A DNA stretch of 64,000 nt from a virus: IMG/VR virus record IMGVR_UViG_3300046458_000091, positions 1 to 64,000 of that record; one strand, given 5' to 3'. A program made the translations under genes and the position numbers. Every line of letters starts with the position of its first letter. The first letter of the stretch is position 1. Below the pieces are notes generated by a model. The model was given only the letters and a program-made list of their open reading frames with translations. It made no database searches and was not told the origin of the DNA. Positions 38,601-46,829 of this stretch are shown here, one piece after another.

Positions 38601-39257
38601 TTCCAGCACCCATACGGTGCCCAGCTTGCCCGCCCGGTAGTTGCGCAGGACGTAGCCGTTGGCCTTGGCCGCCTTGATGCCCTCCAGCGTGGCCCTGGCC
38701 GCTTCTGCGCCTCGATCTGCCTCACCATTGATGGTGACTGTCGCCGTGAACGAAAGGTGCTGTACGTTGCCCTGGTAGAACCAGACAGACGTATCTGCCC
38801 GGCTGTTGATGGCGTCGGCCTTCAGAGAGCCCGCAGGCGTGAGCACGTCGGCGGCCTTGACCATGTGCGGCTTGTTGTTAGCCGTAGCGATGTCGCGGGC
38901 TTTCCCGGCCTCCCAGGCGGCGGCCTCATCCCGGTCAGAGATGGCCTTTATGGCAGCGCTAAGGCGGTCAATTGCCGCGCCAGCGGCCGGGCTGACGTGC
39001 CCTGTGTTCAGCAGCTTTTCGTACTGGTCCAGGTCAGCCCGGGCCGCTTCACGTTCCGCAATGAGCGGGTCAGTCTCCGGCGCTGGCCGGGCGGCGCCCA
39101 GGATGGCGCGCAGCTCCAGGCCCCGGGCACTGGCCCGCACCTTCTCGATGGCGCTCAGCGTCCCGGCCTCCAGGCTGTCGCGGATCTGCAACAACTCAGC
39201 GCTGAAACGCATTAACTCTAAAGAGTTATAACTCTTTAACTCTATTGTCTCAGTCAT
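35649..39257 (-). CDS. Dar-like polyvalent virion protein: LPD3-like domain plus C-terminal N6-adenine methyltransferase
   Basis: DFFPTP, VLEPSAGNG, MNPPF at the C-terminus; IELTG.EFG...LYYD central domain. Confidence 0.85.
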   Translation of the reverse strand: MTETIELKSYNSLELMRFSAELLQIRDSLEAGTLSAIEKVRASARGLELRAILGAARPAPETDPLIAEREAARADLDQYEKLLNTGHVSPAAGAAIDRLSAAIKAISDRDEAAAWEAGKARDIATANNKPHMVKAADVLTPAGSLKADAINSRADTSVWFYQGNVQHLSFTATVTINGEADRGAEAARATLEGIKAAKANGYVLRNYRAGKLGTVWVLENANNMFLTRAGFEGGANPVFARPDMPPAEAGYDSMIAQQKVLATAFVSWLDTLPYDQRHNQGVVSRKISSTPVGSWARVEKQELGLTLSYRLPGGGNGIRIVGKDFDALVEAARKLAVMPEIEQPAAPSEQEAKGDDSDAADQYAAKAVGFDTFSLYAASRIDKLPLREFQVARAKYKIVECLEKTGRSDRNTLGSLQLQGANAEGPSALAQLRQDGVVLNNLRAQSKPFSLAPGVTLASFVEKGGIVIPLEQAAQQDQTAEEPDVPKPPIELTGTEFGEFPDTPEGKKALRGAAEAYLKAMRGQMVNCPVLGAQVEIRQRGIKETLAFSGNPKKIKLLHAVPQILASATAAEFVQNFKLDKKPQVVGYYNLSSVVALAGESIAVRVVVEKDNMGHLYYDLMIDPPKEKAMLDSTSTALGGRCSPDNYSGHPSGASVEHENADVMLDDMGGLVLNMFIEGELSEPEPAEAPEPPPASDVAHQIIEYTTKRDKVLRGIIRTDLTQAQAKEIDPYTWRMNGGYFIREKYLSGETAHIPAAQAPVVLSPEQQAEQLATAERQAAERAQKALSNQVEKLRAVANKAVETGHAGMNQERNTNTARRAGMAASSVARASYDKAAGQTLNNIADAIENGTAGLLAKLSSRAQLEELQKALHLAQYEADKHLSYSEQLSRKGRPVDDNDLKHVTMPSLITWSERFRKASEAIAKQNPKGNSRLIAALAKMGQRSERFTMNSEDMAITRKANDALKGTGTGSWILEAPMEAIAKTDRLARMGITDVATMQAAVRELIPMMVAKVEEDPIKKAERAIIGQKVGLDFFPTPAHLAQRMATLAGIKKGMRVLEPSAGNGNLADAAKAAGGEVDVIELSDQLREILTAKGYNVVGNDFDTFTPEQPYPAIIMNPPFSNRRDAAHIMRAFGMLAPGGTLVAIAGEGVFFGRDAAATSFRAWLESHDATVEPLEGGTFKDKNLLAQTDAGGRLIVLEK
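39213..39245. repeat. AACTCtww octamer array (site 6), inside the first codons of the MTase gene
   Basis: aactcta aagagtt at aactcttt aactctat. Confidence 0.75.
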
Positions 39258-41565
39258 GCATTACCCCAAAAATCGAATCCAGCAGCGCTGTCTGTGTCAT
39301 TGCTTTTTCAAAGGCCTTTTCATCGCGCAGGGCGGCGAACACCTGGTCAAACGCGGCATTGATGCGCGCGCGCTCTTCCCCTTCCGGGTATGGCTTGAAG
39401 GGCATCCCCAGGGCGGGCAGGTAGTGGTACTTGTTGTCAGCCAGGCAGCTGAGGTAATCGTTTTTGCGGTCCATGGCGGTCAACTTGTCTTCCAGGTAGG
39501 CCTGGAACGCGCGGGCGGCCATTTCGTGGGTCTCAGACCACTTACGTCCGGCTACACCGTCGTCGAGCGCTTGAGCCTCGACGTAGAAGCGCGACACGCT
39601 GGCGCCGGTCTTGGCGGTTGCCTCGGTGGCACCGACCGGCGAGTAGTACGCGGCGGCCAGCTGGCGCCACAGCTTTTTCTGCTTGAGCATGCCCGGGCTG
39701 GTTTCGCCCTCATATCGCTTATCTACCGCCAGCACCGCAGGCTCCAGGGCGCCCGCCTGCTTGATGGCCAGCGCCACATAGCCTGAACTGTTCTCGATAT
39801 TGACGATGGCTGTGGCCCGGCTCTTGGGCGTCAGCTTGATGGTCTCCACCAGTCGCTCAGAGCCGCTGGTTAGGGCGGCCTTGAGCTGGACGAAGGCGGC
39901 GCGGATCGGCCCGGCAGGCATCAGCTCAGGGCGTTCCGTCGCAAACTCTTCCTTGGCGCCCTCTTCTCCGCGCAGCAGGGACGGCATGATGTTGTCCAGG
40001 GCCTTGAACGCTTCGTGTCCCTGGCTACCGGCGCCGTTGAGCTTGGTAATGTTGATGACGCGCTCTACCGGTTCGTAGTGGGCCTTCGCCGCGCCCTTCC
40101 CGCCCGCACCACGCGCCCCGAACGCCATGCCCAGGCGCCCGCCGAACCCAAGCTTGTCCTCTTCGATCTGGAGGACGTCGCTCATGTCCATCCAGGCCCC
40201 GGCGCTCTGCTCTACGTGCCACTTGGCGGCGGCGAAGTCCTCTTGTACCCAGGTGCCGGACTGCACCGCCCGAAAGCCGCACAGCTTTTCAAGGTCGGCC
40301 GTGGACGTCACTGTCACCGGCCGCCCGCCGCTGCGTTCGAACTTCTCGACCACCTTCAGGGTGAAGGTGATGCGCTTTTTAGGCGCCTGGCGCTCTGGAT
40401 CTGGCTTTTCCTTTTCGGCCCAGTCCCAGTTATCGGGCTCCCCTTCCTCAGCCTTGGCCACCTGCCCGGCAAAGGTGCCGGTGCGCAGGCGCTGGAACAT
40501 GACCGCGTTGATAAAGCGGCTGCCCATGGACGTCCAGGCCTGGGCCTCTGGTGTGCGCAGGTGGCGGGCCTTGGCGGCGTCCTCCAGGGCGGTTTTCTGC
40601 GCCTCGACATCGGCAATCTGTGCCCGCAGCGCTGCAAACTCTTCCTTAGTGGCCGCCACCTCGCTGCCGTACGCGGCGATATCGGCAGCAGCTGCGGCCG
40701 TGGTCGTTTCTACCGCCTCTTCGTGCATGGGCGCGACCTTCCAGCCGCGTTTGACTCGGTTTTCAAGCTCGGCCTTGGCCTGGTCCCGCGCCGCCGTGGT
40801 CCGGCTCATCGCGTTGTACAGGGTGTTACGGCCGACCATGATTGCTTTCTGCCGGTCGCCCAGTTCTGCCCGCTGCTGAGTCAGCGCGTTGAACTGCTCC
40901 ACCTCATCACTGTTGAGGCTCGCGCCGGTCAGCTCTTCCCCGATCTCAGCCGCAGCCGCCACCACTTCCTCAGTGGTCGTGAGCCGCTCCATCCGCGTGC
41001 GCAGCGTCTCAATGCCGATGGCATAGGATCTGCGCGACTTGGGGCTGTCCTCGGCTGGCATGGGGGCAATGGCGGCGTACAGGCGATTGACCAGATAGCC
41101 CGCCTGGGGCGTCATGCCGCTTTCACGCTGGGCCGCCCAGTCAACACTACCGAACAGGTTGGCCTTTTTGATCAGTTCGCGCGCCTGGCGCGGATTCTCT
41201 TCAATGGCCTTGAAGTCGATGTCAGAGACCCGGAGCATCTGCCCGGCTTCACGCGCCAGCTTGATCGACTGGGCGGCCAGCTCTTTACGGCTGCCGGAGA
41301 TGTACCCGGTGTCCTTGTAGCGGTAGTTTTCGGCGTTCGGGTCATCGCTCAAGCCGTCGTCGGCGGCGAACTCTGCGGCCTGCTCAGCATCGACCGGCAC
41401 GGGACCGGTGGCAGTCTCGCCGCCCAGGGCGGCATAGAGCGCCAGCGCCTCGGTGGTGGCGCGGATCTGCTCCATGGCGTTCAAGCTGCCGGACTGAAGT
41501 TGCTCACGCAGTTGCAGCAGCCTGGCGGCGCTGCGGGCCTGCTCGATGGAAGAAAGGGAATTCAT
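39250..41565 (-). CDS. ddrB: DdrB-like polyvalent protein (zincin-like fold plus LPD1)
   Basis: NYRYKDTGYI.GSRKE; GMAFGARG..AHYEP; HEM.ARAFQAY.EDK...YP.GEER..IN.AFD. Confidence 0.8.
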   Translation of the reverse strand: MNSLSSIEQARSAARLLQLREQLQSGSLNAMEQIRATTEALALYAALGGETATGPVPVDAEQAAEFAADDGLSDDPNAENYRYKDTGYISGSRKELAAQSIKLAREAGQMLRVSDIDFKAIEENPRQARELIKKANLFGSVDWAAQRESGMTPQAGYLVNRLYAAIAPMPAEDSPKSRRSYAIGIETLRTRMERLTTTEEVVAAAAEIGEELTGASLNSDEVEQFNALTQQRAELGDRQKAIMVGRNTLYNAMSRTTAARDQAKAELENRVKRGWKVAPMHEEAVETTTAAAAADIAAYGSEVAATKEEFAALRAQIADVEAQKTALEDAAKARHLRTPEAQAWTSMGSRFINAVMFQRLRTGTFAGQVAKAEEGEPDNWDWAEKEKPDPERQAPKKRITFTLKVVEKFERSGGRPVTVTSTADLEKLCGFRAVQSGTWVQEDFAAAKWHVEQSAGAWMDMSDVLQIEEDKLGFGGRLGMAFGARGAGGKGAAKAHYEPVERVINITKLNGAGSQGHEAFKALDNIMPSLLRGEEGAKEEFATERPELMPAGPIRAAFVQLKAALTSGSERLVETIKLTPKSRATAIVNIENSSGYVALAIKQAGALEPAVLAVDKRYEGETSPGMLKQKKLWRQLAAAYYSPVGATEATAKTGASVSRFYVEAQALDDGVAGRKWSETHEMAARAFQAYLEDKLTAMDRKNDYLSCLADNKYHYLPALGMPFKPYPEGEERARINAAFDQVFAALRDEKAFEKAMTQTALLDSIFGVMHD

Positions 41566-41595
41566 GAAACGGGCTCACATGATATGCAAGCCCGT

Positions 41596-41636
41596 ATTTT
41601 GAAGCCTTGAATCAGGCCGCTACGGCGGGGGTTTGC
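41596..41636 (-). promoter_or_regulatory. late promoter (ddrB): GCAAAC-N29-CAAAAT
   Basis: Motif with fixed spacing. Confidence 0.75.
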
Positions 41637-42325
41637 TCGACAACTGGGCGTTCCACGAACACGAAACGCTCCATGAAATGCTCAAGCGTGTGCAGCTCGG
41701 TGGCCGTCGTGTTGGGGCTGCGGATTTCCACGTCCATACCTTTCAGATTCGCCAGGTCGGAGATGTCCAGGGAATCCAATATCCAGCGGCGCTGCTTATG
41801 CGGCAAGGTGAAGCGCGGGTGCTCGGTGAAGATGTCGCCGATCTTCCAGTTAACCGGCTTGCGCATGTCCGGCTGACGCGGCTTTTCGGCCTGCTCCTGG
41901 ACTGGCACAGGCTCGGCCGCAGCTGCTGGACCCGGGGGCGGTGGAGGCGGCAACAGTTCCGGCTCCACGTCGCACGGCAGATAGACGCCGAACGGAATCG
42001 CCAGGCTCTGCCCACCTGGTGGCGCATGCACCTTCAGCGTGGGCGTCACGTCCGGCACCAGTTCCGGCAGCGCGGGCGGCTCTTCCAACGCCAGCACAGG
42101 GCACGCCAGCAGATCAGCGAACGTCTTGTACAGGCCCGTTGCGGGCTCGATGGGCACGCATACATGGCCTAGGCCTGCGAGGGTCACATTCAGTTCCGCC
42201 AGCAGCCTGGGAAACGATCCAGCGCCGACAATCAGGACCTGCCGGGCCTTCTCTACGTCCTCCTTGGTCTGCACCAGCTCGCGCAACACCTGGTCACAGC
42301 CCCGCGATACCTTCTCTTCGCTCAT
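41612..42325 (-). CDS. Pro-rich hypothetical protein
   Basis: Start trimmed to MSEEK. Confidence 0.7.
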   Translation of the reverse strand: MSEEKVSRGCDQVLRELVQTKEDVEKARQVLIVGAGSFPRLLAELNVTLAGLGHVCVPIEPATGLYKTFADLLACPVLALEEPPALPELVPDVTPTLKVHAPPGGQSLAIPFGVYLPCDVEPELLPPPPPPGPAAAAEPVPVQEQAEKPRQPDMRKPVNWKIGDIFTEHPRFTLPHKQRRWILDSLDISDLANLKGMDVEIRSPNTTATELHTLEHFMERFVFVERPVVEQTPAVAA

Positions 42326-42369
42326 ACCCTTCACCTTATGTCTGCATTGGCCACCGTGGCCGGTGTGCA

Positions 42370-42433
42370 AACTCTAAACCTCTAAAACTCTTTAACTCTT
42401 TGGCATGTTTGCAGCCAAAAACTCTAAAACTCC
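42370..42433. repeat. AACTCtww octamer array (site 7)
   Basis: aactctaa acctctaa aactcttt aactcttt ... aactctaa aactcc. Confidence 0.85.
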
Positions 42434-42440
42434 GGGCAAT

Positions 42441-42464
42441 AAAAAGCCCGCACGCGGCGGGCTT
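42441..42464 (-). terminator. rho-independent terminator (identical copy at 48733-48757)
   Basis: AAAAAGCCCGCACGCGGCGGGCTT. Confidence 0.8.
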
Positions 42465-42482
42465 GGGGGTCTGCTGGTCAAA

Positions 42483-42929
42483 TCACTTACCGGCCGCCTC
42501 GACGGCAGCGGCTCTGAATTCTCTTTGAGTCTCGACAGTGCGCCGCAACGCCTCAAGCATCAGCAGGCATTCATAGGCTGGCCGATTGGTTTCAGGGTTA
42601 CTGTAGGCATCCATGAAGCTATTGATCAGGCTGCGCAGCAACCCGCCTGTGTCGTCGTTCTGCGTGATCGACATCACCACGAATTGTTCCAGACGGATAG
42701 GCTCCGACTTCTTGAAGAAATCAAGGCCGACGCGGGTGGCCACCTCAGTCAGGCACCGGCCCACCATCTCGCGCGATTCAGCGGGCGTTAGCCGCGTCCG
42801 TGTCCCGGCTTTTATCATGCCGCCCATTTCAAGGCGGCGGCCAGTGGTAGGGCCGTACGGGACCTTTTCAATCTCGCGCAGCTTGGCCTCCACGGCCTCA
42901 GCAACCTCTACAGTCTTATCCATGCTCAT
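42483..42929 (-). CDS. hypothetical protein
   Basis: Coupled ORF. Confidence 0.7.
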   Translation of the reverse strand: MSMDKTVEVAEAVEAKLREIEKVPYGPTTGRRLEMGGMIKAGTRTRLTPAESREMVGRCLTEVATRVGLDFFKKSEPIRLEQFVVMSITQNDDTGGLLRSLINSFMDAYSNPETNRPAYECLLMLEALRRTVETQREFRAAAVEAAGK

Positions 42930-43396
42930 GCCGCCTTTGTCGTTGGTTTGAGGCGCTTGGCAGCCACTACGCCGGTTTTGGTCAGTCCGGCCTGGTAGGC
43001 CTCGACGTCGGCGCGGATCACTTCCAGCTCTTGTACGGTGTACACCATCTGGATCGGCTTACCGACCGCATGATAGACGGCGATATCGTCACCGGTTTTC
43101 TTGCGCACGCCGTGAACACGCACGCGGGAGCCGCTGAGCAGCTCGACGCGATTAACGGCGCTGGTGATCTTCAGGTTGCCAATGATGAATTCGATCACGT
43201 CGCCCACCTGGACGTCTTGAATCGGCTTTACCAGCAGCCTGCGCATGTACTCACGCGCCGCACGGCCGCGCCTGGTCAACACGGCGCCGCTGCCCTCACA
43301 GGGAACGCAGGCAAAGCCTTTTCGTTGCCCTGCGCCATTACAGCGCGTGCACGGGTTACTTTCAAACTTGGGTCCTGCAAGTGTTTGGGTCTTCAT
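42926..43396 (-). CDS. DnaJ-type Zn-finger (CxxCxGxG x2) phage protein
   Basis: CTRCNGAG...CVPCEGSG. Confidence 0.75.
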   Translation of the reverse strand: MKTQTLAGPKFESNPCTRCNGAGQRKGFACVPCEGSGAVLTRRGRAAREYMRRLLVKPIQDVQVGDVIEFIIGNLKITSAVNRVELLSGSRVRVHGVRKKTGDDIAVYHAVGKPIQMVYTVQELEVIRADVEAYQAGLTKTGVVAAKRLKPTTKAA

Positions 43397-43426
43397 AACG
43401 TTTATCTCTGGCGGTTTTTTAAAACG

Positions 43427-43657
43427 TTACCGGTCGGCCAGCCTTTCCAGGGCGTACTGAACCGGGTATGGGGCTGTTGAGGTTTTCGGGTCACTACTGA
43501 GGTACAAACGCAATACACGCGGGTCAATGCCGATAGTCTGCGCCGCAGCGACTTGGGTAAGGCCGCTGGCGGCGATCAGCTCGCGCAGGTACAACGGGTC
43601 AGGATTATGCAGCCTGGCGTCGGGCTTGACTGTGGCGCCTGCTTTTTTAACCGGCAC
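43427..43657 (-). CDS. small XRE-like HTH regulator
   Basis: HNPDP.YLRELI..SGLTQ..AA..IGI..R.LR.YL...APYPVQYALE; GTG start inferred. Confidence 0.8.
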   Translation of the reverse strand: MPVKKAGATVKPDARLHNPDPLYLRELIAASGLTQVAAAQTIGIDPRVLRLYLSSDPKTSTAPYPVQYALERLADR

Positions 43658-44147
43658 TGCTGGGCTCCAGATCGGCTGTAGGCTGGATGATGGTATTGAA
43701 GAGGTCCGCGATTGCTTCAGCACGGACCACCGCCAGCGTTTCAGAACATTCGTCGCAGCCCAGCACGAAAAGACAAGTAACTTCGTTGGTGCGCAAGCGC
43801 CCCTCAGGAACGCCGGAGCCATTCTTGTAATGCGTATCCCAGGTCAAGGCCGTGCTGTGGCATTCGCGGCATTCGCGGATTTTGCCGGTGATTGCATCCA
43901 GCAAACCGCCCCGCGCCTTGAGCACGTCACGTTCTTTGCCAAGTTCAGCATTCTCATGACGCTGCGCGGACATTTGAAGGCGGTGATCAGCAAGCAAAAT
44001 CAGTGGATCTGCCACGGCATAGTGTTCTGGCTTGCTGGTTAGGAGTACTTCAATATCTGGCGCCATCTCACCGGTCACGCGATAACCGATTATCTCTGGC
44101 TCTTCCTCGGCGCCCGACTGCTTAAACTTCTGCTCTGGCGTGTTCAT
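43647..44147 (-). CDS. hypothetical protein with Zn-ribbon
   Basis: CREC...LGCDECSETL. Confidence 0.75.
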   Translation of the reverse strand: MNTPEQKFKQSGAEEEPEIIGYRVTGEMAPDIEVLLTSKPEHYAVADPLILLADHRLQMSAQRHENAELGKERDVLKARGGLLDAITGKIRECRECHSTALTWDTHYKNGSGVPEGRLRTNEVTCLFVLGCDECSETLAVVRAEAIADLFNTIIQPTADLEPSSAG

Positions 44148-44218
44148 GGTTCCCTCTCTTGGCGCATGTCTAGTACTGACAAACCCCCAATAAAGGGGGT
44201 TTAGGGCGGCAGGCCTGC

Positions 44219-44407
44219 TTAGGCGTAGATTTCGCAGCAGTCGCTGTCATAGCCGTGAGTCATGCGCTCCATCTTGACCTCTTCACACTTGCCGCCTGCC
44301 GCAATGTACTTCTCAGTGGCGCTGGCTTCGCTCTGTGCGGTGATGAACGCTACTACAGCGTTGTCTGCGTTGCGGGCTTTGTACAGGTTGCGGAATGCGT
44401 TCATCAT
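44219..44407 (-). CDS. small hypothetical protein, first gene of accessory operon B
   Basis: AGGAG RBS directly after a consensus-like promoter. Confidence 0.7.
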   Translation of the reverse strand: MMNAFRNLYKARNADNAVVAFITAQSEASATEKYIAAGGKCEEVKMERMTHGYDSDCCEIYA

Positions 44408-44440
44408 TTTTGCTGCTCCTGGGTGCGTTTCGGTGAAGCC

Positions 44441-44482
44441 AATATAGGTAATATTTACCTAATGTACAAGCTTTTATTCAGG
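44441..44482 (-). promoter_or_regulatory. sigma70 promoter TTGTAC-N17-TATATT with palindromic operator TAGGTAA-ATA-TTACCTA
   Basis: 41/42 identical copy at 48687-48728. Confidence 0.85.
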
Positions 44483-44488
44483 ATAAAG

Positions 44489-44511
44489 AAAAGCCCGGAA
44501 TAACCGGGCTC
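44489..44511 (-). terminator. rho-independent terminator
   Basis: AGCCCGG..CCGGGCT hairpin with a T-run. Confidence 0.65.
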
Positions 44512-44542
44512 CTGGTGCAACACTTTCGCGAGCTGGCAGCGC

Positions 44543-44815
44543 CTACTCTTCCCCGCCCTGTGGCCGACTGGCCGCTCTCGCCTCCCACTCAGCTTTCACA
44601 GCGTCCAGGGGTTTAACCCGGCCCGCTTCGACATCGGCGAGACCTTCTTGCACGGCCTGTACGTGCCACAGGTTGGCTTTAACGTATTCATTGATGGCGC
44701 GCTCAACGTGATAACTGCGTTCACGCTCTGTTGCCTTGCACAGCGCGTCAAGCTGACCGGCCAGTTCTGCCGATATACGTGCAGAGACAACCGCCGTCTG
44801 TTTCTTGGTGGACAT
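44543..44815 (-). CDS. CopG/RHH antitoxin-like protein (ParD/RelB type), no toxin partner
   Basis: VSARI...LDAL....R.RS.....AI.EY....W....QEGLAD..AGR. Confidence 0.8.
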   Translation of the reverse strand: MSTKKQTAVVSARISAELAGQLDALCKATERERSYHVERAINEYVKANLWHVQAVQEGLADVEAGRVKPLDAVKAEWEARAASRPQGGEE

Positions 44816-44899
44816 CGAAAAGCCTCATCGTTTCACGAACTTGAAAATAGCACTCTTGCAGCGGCTTGCCCGCCCAGGTACTGCCGGGCGGGCAAGTGC

Positions 44900-45298
44900 T
44901 TAGTTTCTCTGTTCCTCGGTACTGGTCGCCCGCAGCTTCGCTATGACTTCCTGGAAGCTTGAGTGCAGCACCGGCCACCCCTTCCCCGGCGCCAGGGCCG
45001 ACGCATCCAGGCGGCGTATAGAGACGGCAAGGCGTACCCGAGGGTGCACATGTCCGACCGTCGCCAGCCAGCCCGCGCAAGCGACCTCGCCGCCTTCTTT
45101 GGACTGGTGACAGGCGAACAGGCTGTCAGTGTAGGACGGCCCGAACCCTTCGGCGCAGGGGCTGGTTTTAGCCAGGCCCTCAGCCTTGGCCAGGGAGAAC
45201 GCCGGGATATCGGTGGCGTCCTTGTCTGTCCGCCACGGGCAGCCTAGGCACGGTTTGGCGATCCTAGGAAACTCGGCTTGATCAAACATACGCTTCAA
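44900..45298 (-). CDS. DUF6283-like Cys/His protein
   Basis: PC..CPWR...FACH.S......CAGWL. Confidence 0.75.
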   Translation of the reverse strand: MKRMFDQAEFPRIAKPCLGCPWRTDKDATDIPAFSLAKAEGLAKTSPCAEGFGPSYTDSLFACHQSKEGGEVACAGWLATVGHVHPRVRLAVSIRRLDASALAPGKGWPVLHSSFQEVIAKLRATSTEEQRN

Positions 45299-45542
45299 CT
45301 AGGCATTCGCCGCGATGCTTGTATTCCGCGATCCCAGAGCCTACGCGCACGCCGACAGCGGGCTGCATGTACCCATTCGACTGGTCCCAGTCCTCAATGG
45401 CCTGATCAATCTGGGCATTGGTGACGTTGAACCGCTTTGCCGCCTCGCGAAACGTCGGGTAGCTCGCCCCCTTGCCGTCCGCCTCAGCTTTGGCGGCGTA
45501 CTCGCAGGCGTAGTCAAAAAGGGCTTTCGGTGTGATGGCCAT
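45282..45542 (-). CDS. hypothetical protein (possible HTH)
   Basis: YPTFREAAKRF. Confidence 0.65.
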   Translation of the reverse strand: MAITPKALFDYACEYAAKAEADGKGASYPTFREAAKRFNVTNAQIDQAIEDWDQSNGYMQPAVGVRVGSGIAEYKHRGECLVEAYV

Positions 45543-45554
45543 GATCTTCCCCTA

Positions 45555-46829
45555 TTACTCTTCAGGCAGGCCCAGGCTGGCAGCCGTGACGCCCAGCAGT
45601 CCCGCCCATTTTTGCCCCATCGTCACGACATACGCAGACTCAGACGGCGAAAGGGTCTCAACGGCTTTTATCGCATAGTCGAGCACGCGATGTCCGGCGT
45701 TGGGGGCAATGATACTCATCTTGCTGCCCGGCTCCAGCAGCTGGCCCTCGACGATCTGCGTGCCGACCCATGTGCGCCCCTGGAACGGCTGGCAGTCAAT
45801 GACGATGCCGTCACGGACATACCACTCTGTGAAGTCCTGGCCACGGTCCTCCAGGGAAATGTGCTGCACCAGCACAGGCGCTGCCGGTGTCATGTCGGCG
45901 CTCGCTGCCACATAGGCCGCGTGCTCAAGGAAAACCATGGCCAGCGGGTCCCACTGATCCAACAGCACAAGGTCTTCCTCAGCCATTTCAGCGCGCGGCG
46001 TCAACAAATACCGGCCCAATTCGTCAAAGTGACACGGCAACGGCGTCTTAGTGGCGAACCGATCATAGGAGGCTGGATTCAGGGTTACCCGCCGATCCTT
46101 CACCGCCTCGACCGCGTGAACGTTGCACTGCGCGCGTAGGTTCAGGAACCGCTTACGGTAGTCGCTTGAATTAGGGCGCTCGCCCAAACGGCTGCGTACC
46201 AGAAGCTTGAGGCCCAGCCGTTCAAGAATCTTGATGAACTGAGCGCCAAGGCCGGACACATCGACCAGCACAGTGCAGTTTTTGTACTCGTTTGCTGTCG
46301 CGGCTACTACGGCGGCCATCTGCAACAGATCATCAGAAAACGAATCCAAAACGCCCGCTACTTCCTCGACACAGCGGGGCTCTTTGGCCATCCGGTCGCC
46401 ATTGCCAAAGACGCGAAACAATGTCGCCACCGTCCGTTCACGCATCACGCCTGCGCCCACAACAACCGAAATCAGGTAGCCGGATGACTCGCCAGGCCTG
46501 ATAACGCTGCCGGGCTCATGTGACAGGCAAGGCTGCAACTCTTCAGGCCTCAACAGGCTGTTGGCGGCTACTGGCTCCTTGGCCTCCACTGCGGCCTCAT
46601 CATCCGCGACCGGCGTGCAGTGATCCAGGCTGACGCAACCGGATTTGCCCTCTAACCAAATCACAGCGGTGCGGCCGCTCAGTACCTGGGCTTCGCTCTT
46701 GGTCCGGCCGCGAAAGGTTTCGCCCTCGCCCACAATTTCCTCATAGGAAACCATGGCGCCCTCTTTGTATTTCGCGTTCCAGGCATCGCAAATGGCTTGC
46801 AGCTCTGGGTTTGCTTTCACTGTTGCCAT
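45555..46829 (-). CDS. three-module accessory protein containing a degenerate terminase (PacB-like) nuclease domain
   Basis: Central LVDVSGLG...R.G......KRF.NLRAQ....A.EAVK..R...LP..FDE.GRY...M......D.WD..AM.FL. Confidence 0.7.
   Translation of the reverse strand: MATVKANPELQAICDAWNAKYKEGAMVSYEEIVGEGETFRGRTKSEAQVLSGRTAVIWLEGKSGCVSLDHCTPVADDEAAVEAKEPVAANSLLRPEELQPCLSHEPGSVIRPGESSGYLISVVVGAGVMRERTVATLFRVFGNGDRMAKEPRCVEEVAGVLDSFSDDLLQMAAVVAATANEYKNCTVLVDVSGLGAQFIKILERLGLKLLVRSRLGERPNSSDYRKRFLNLRAQCNVHAVEAVKDRRVTLNPASYDRFATKTPLPCHFDELGRYLLTPRAEMAEEDLVLLDQWDPLAMVFLEHAAYVAASADMTPAAPVLVQHISLEDRGQDFTEWYVRDGIVIDCQPFQGRTWVGTQIVEGQLLEPGSKMSIIAPNAGHRVLDYAIKAVETLSPSESAYVVTMGQKWAGLLGVTAASLGLPEE

Noticed and set aside
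30459-41610. Long plus-strand ORFs (30459-32744, 33910-35553, 40015-41610 and similar)
   Set aside because: These are antisense shadows of GC-rich minus-strand structural genes, with no motifs or RBS.
45555-46829. Functional large terminase (pacB)
   Set aside because: No ATPase/Walker motifs, catalytic positions eroded, and no pacA neighbour.
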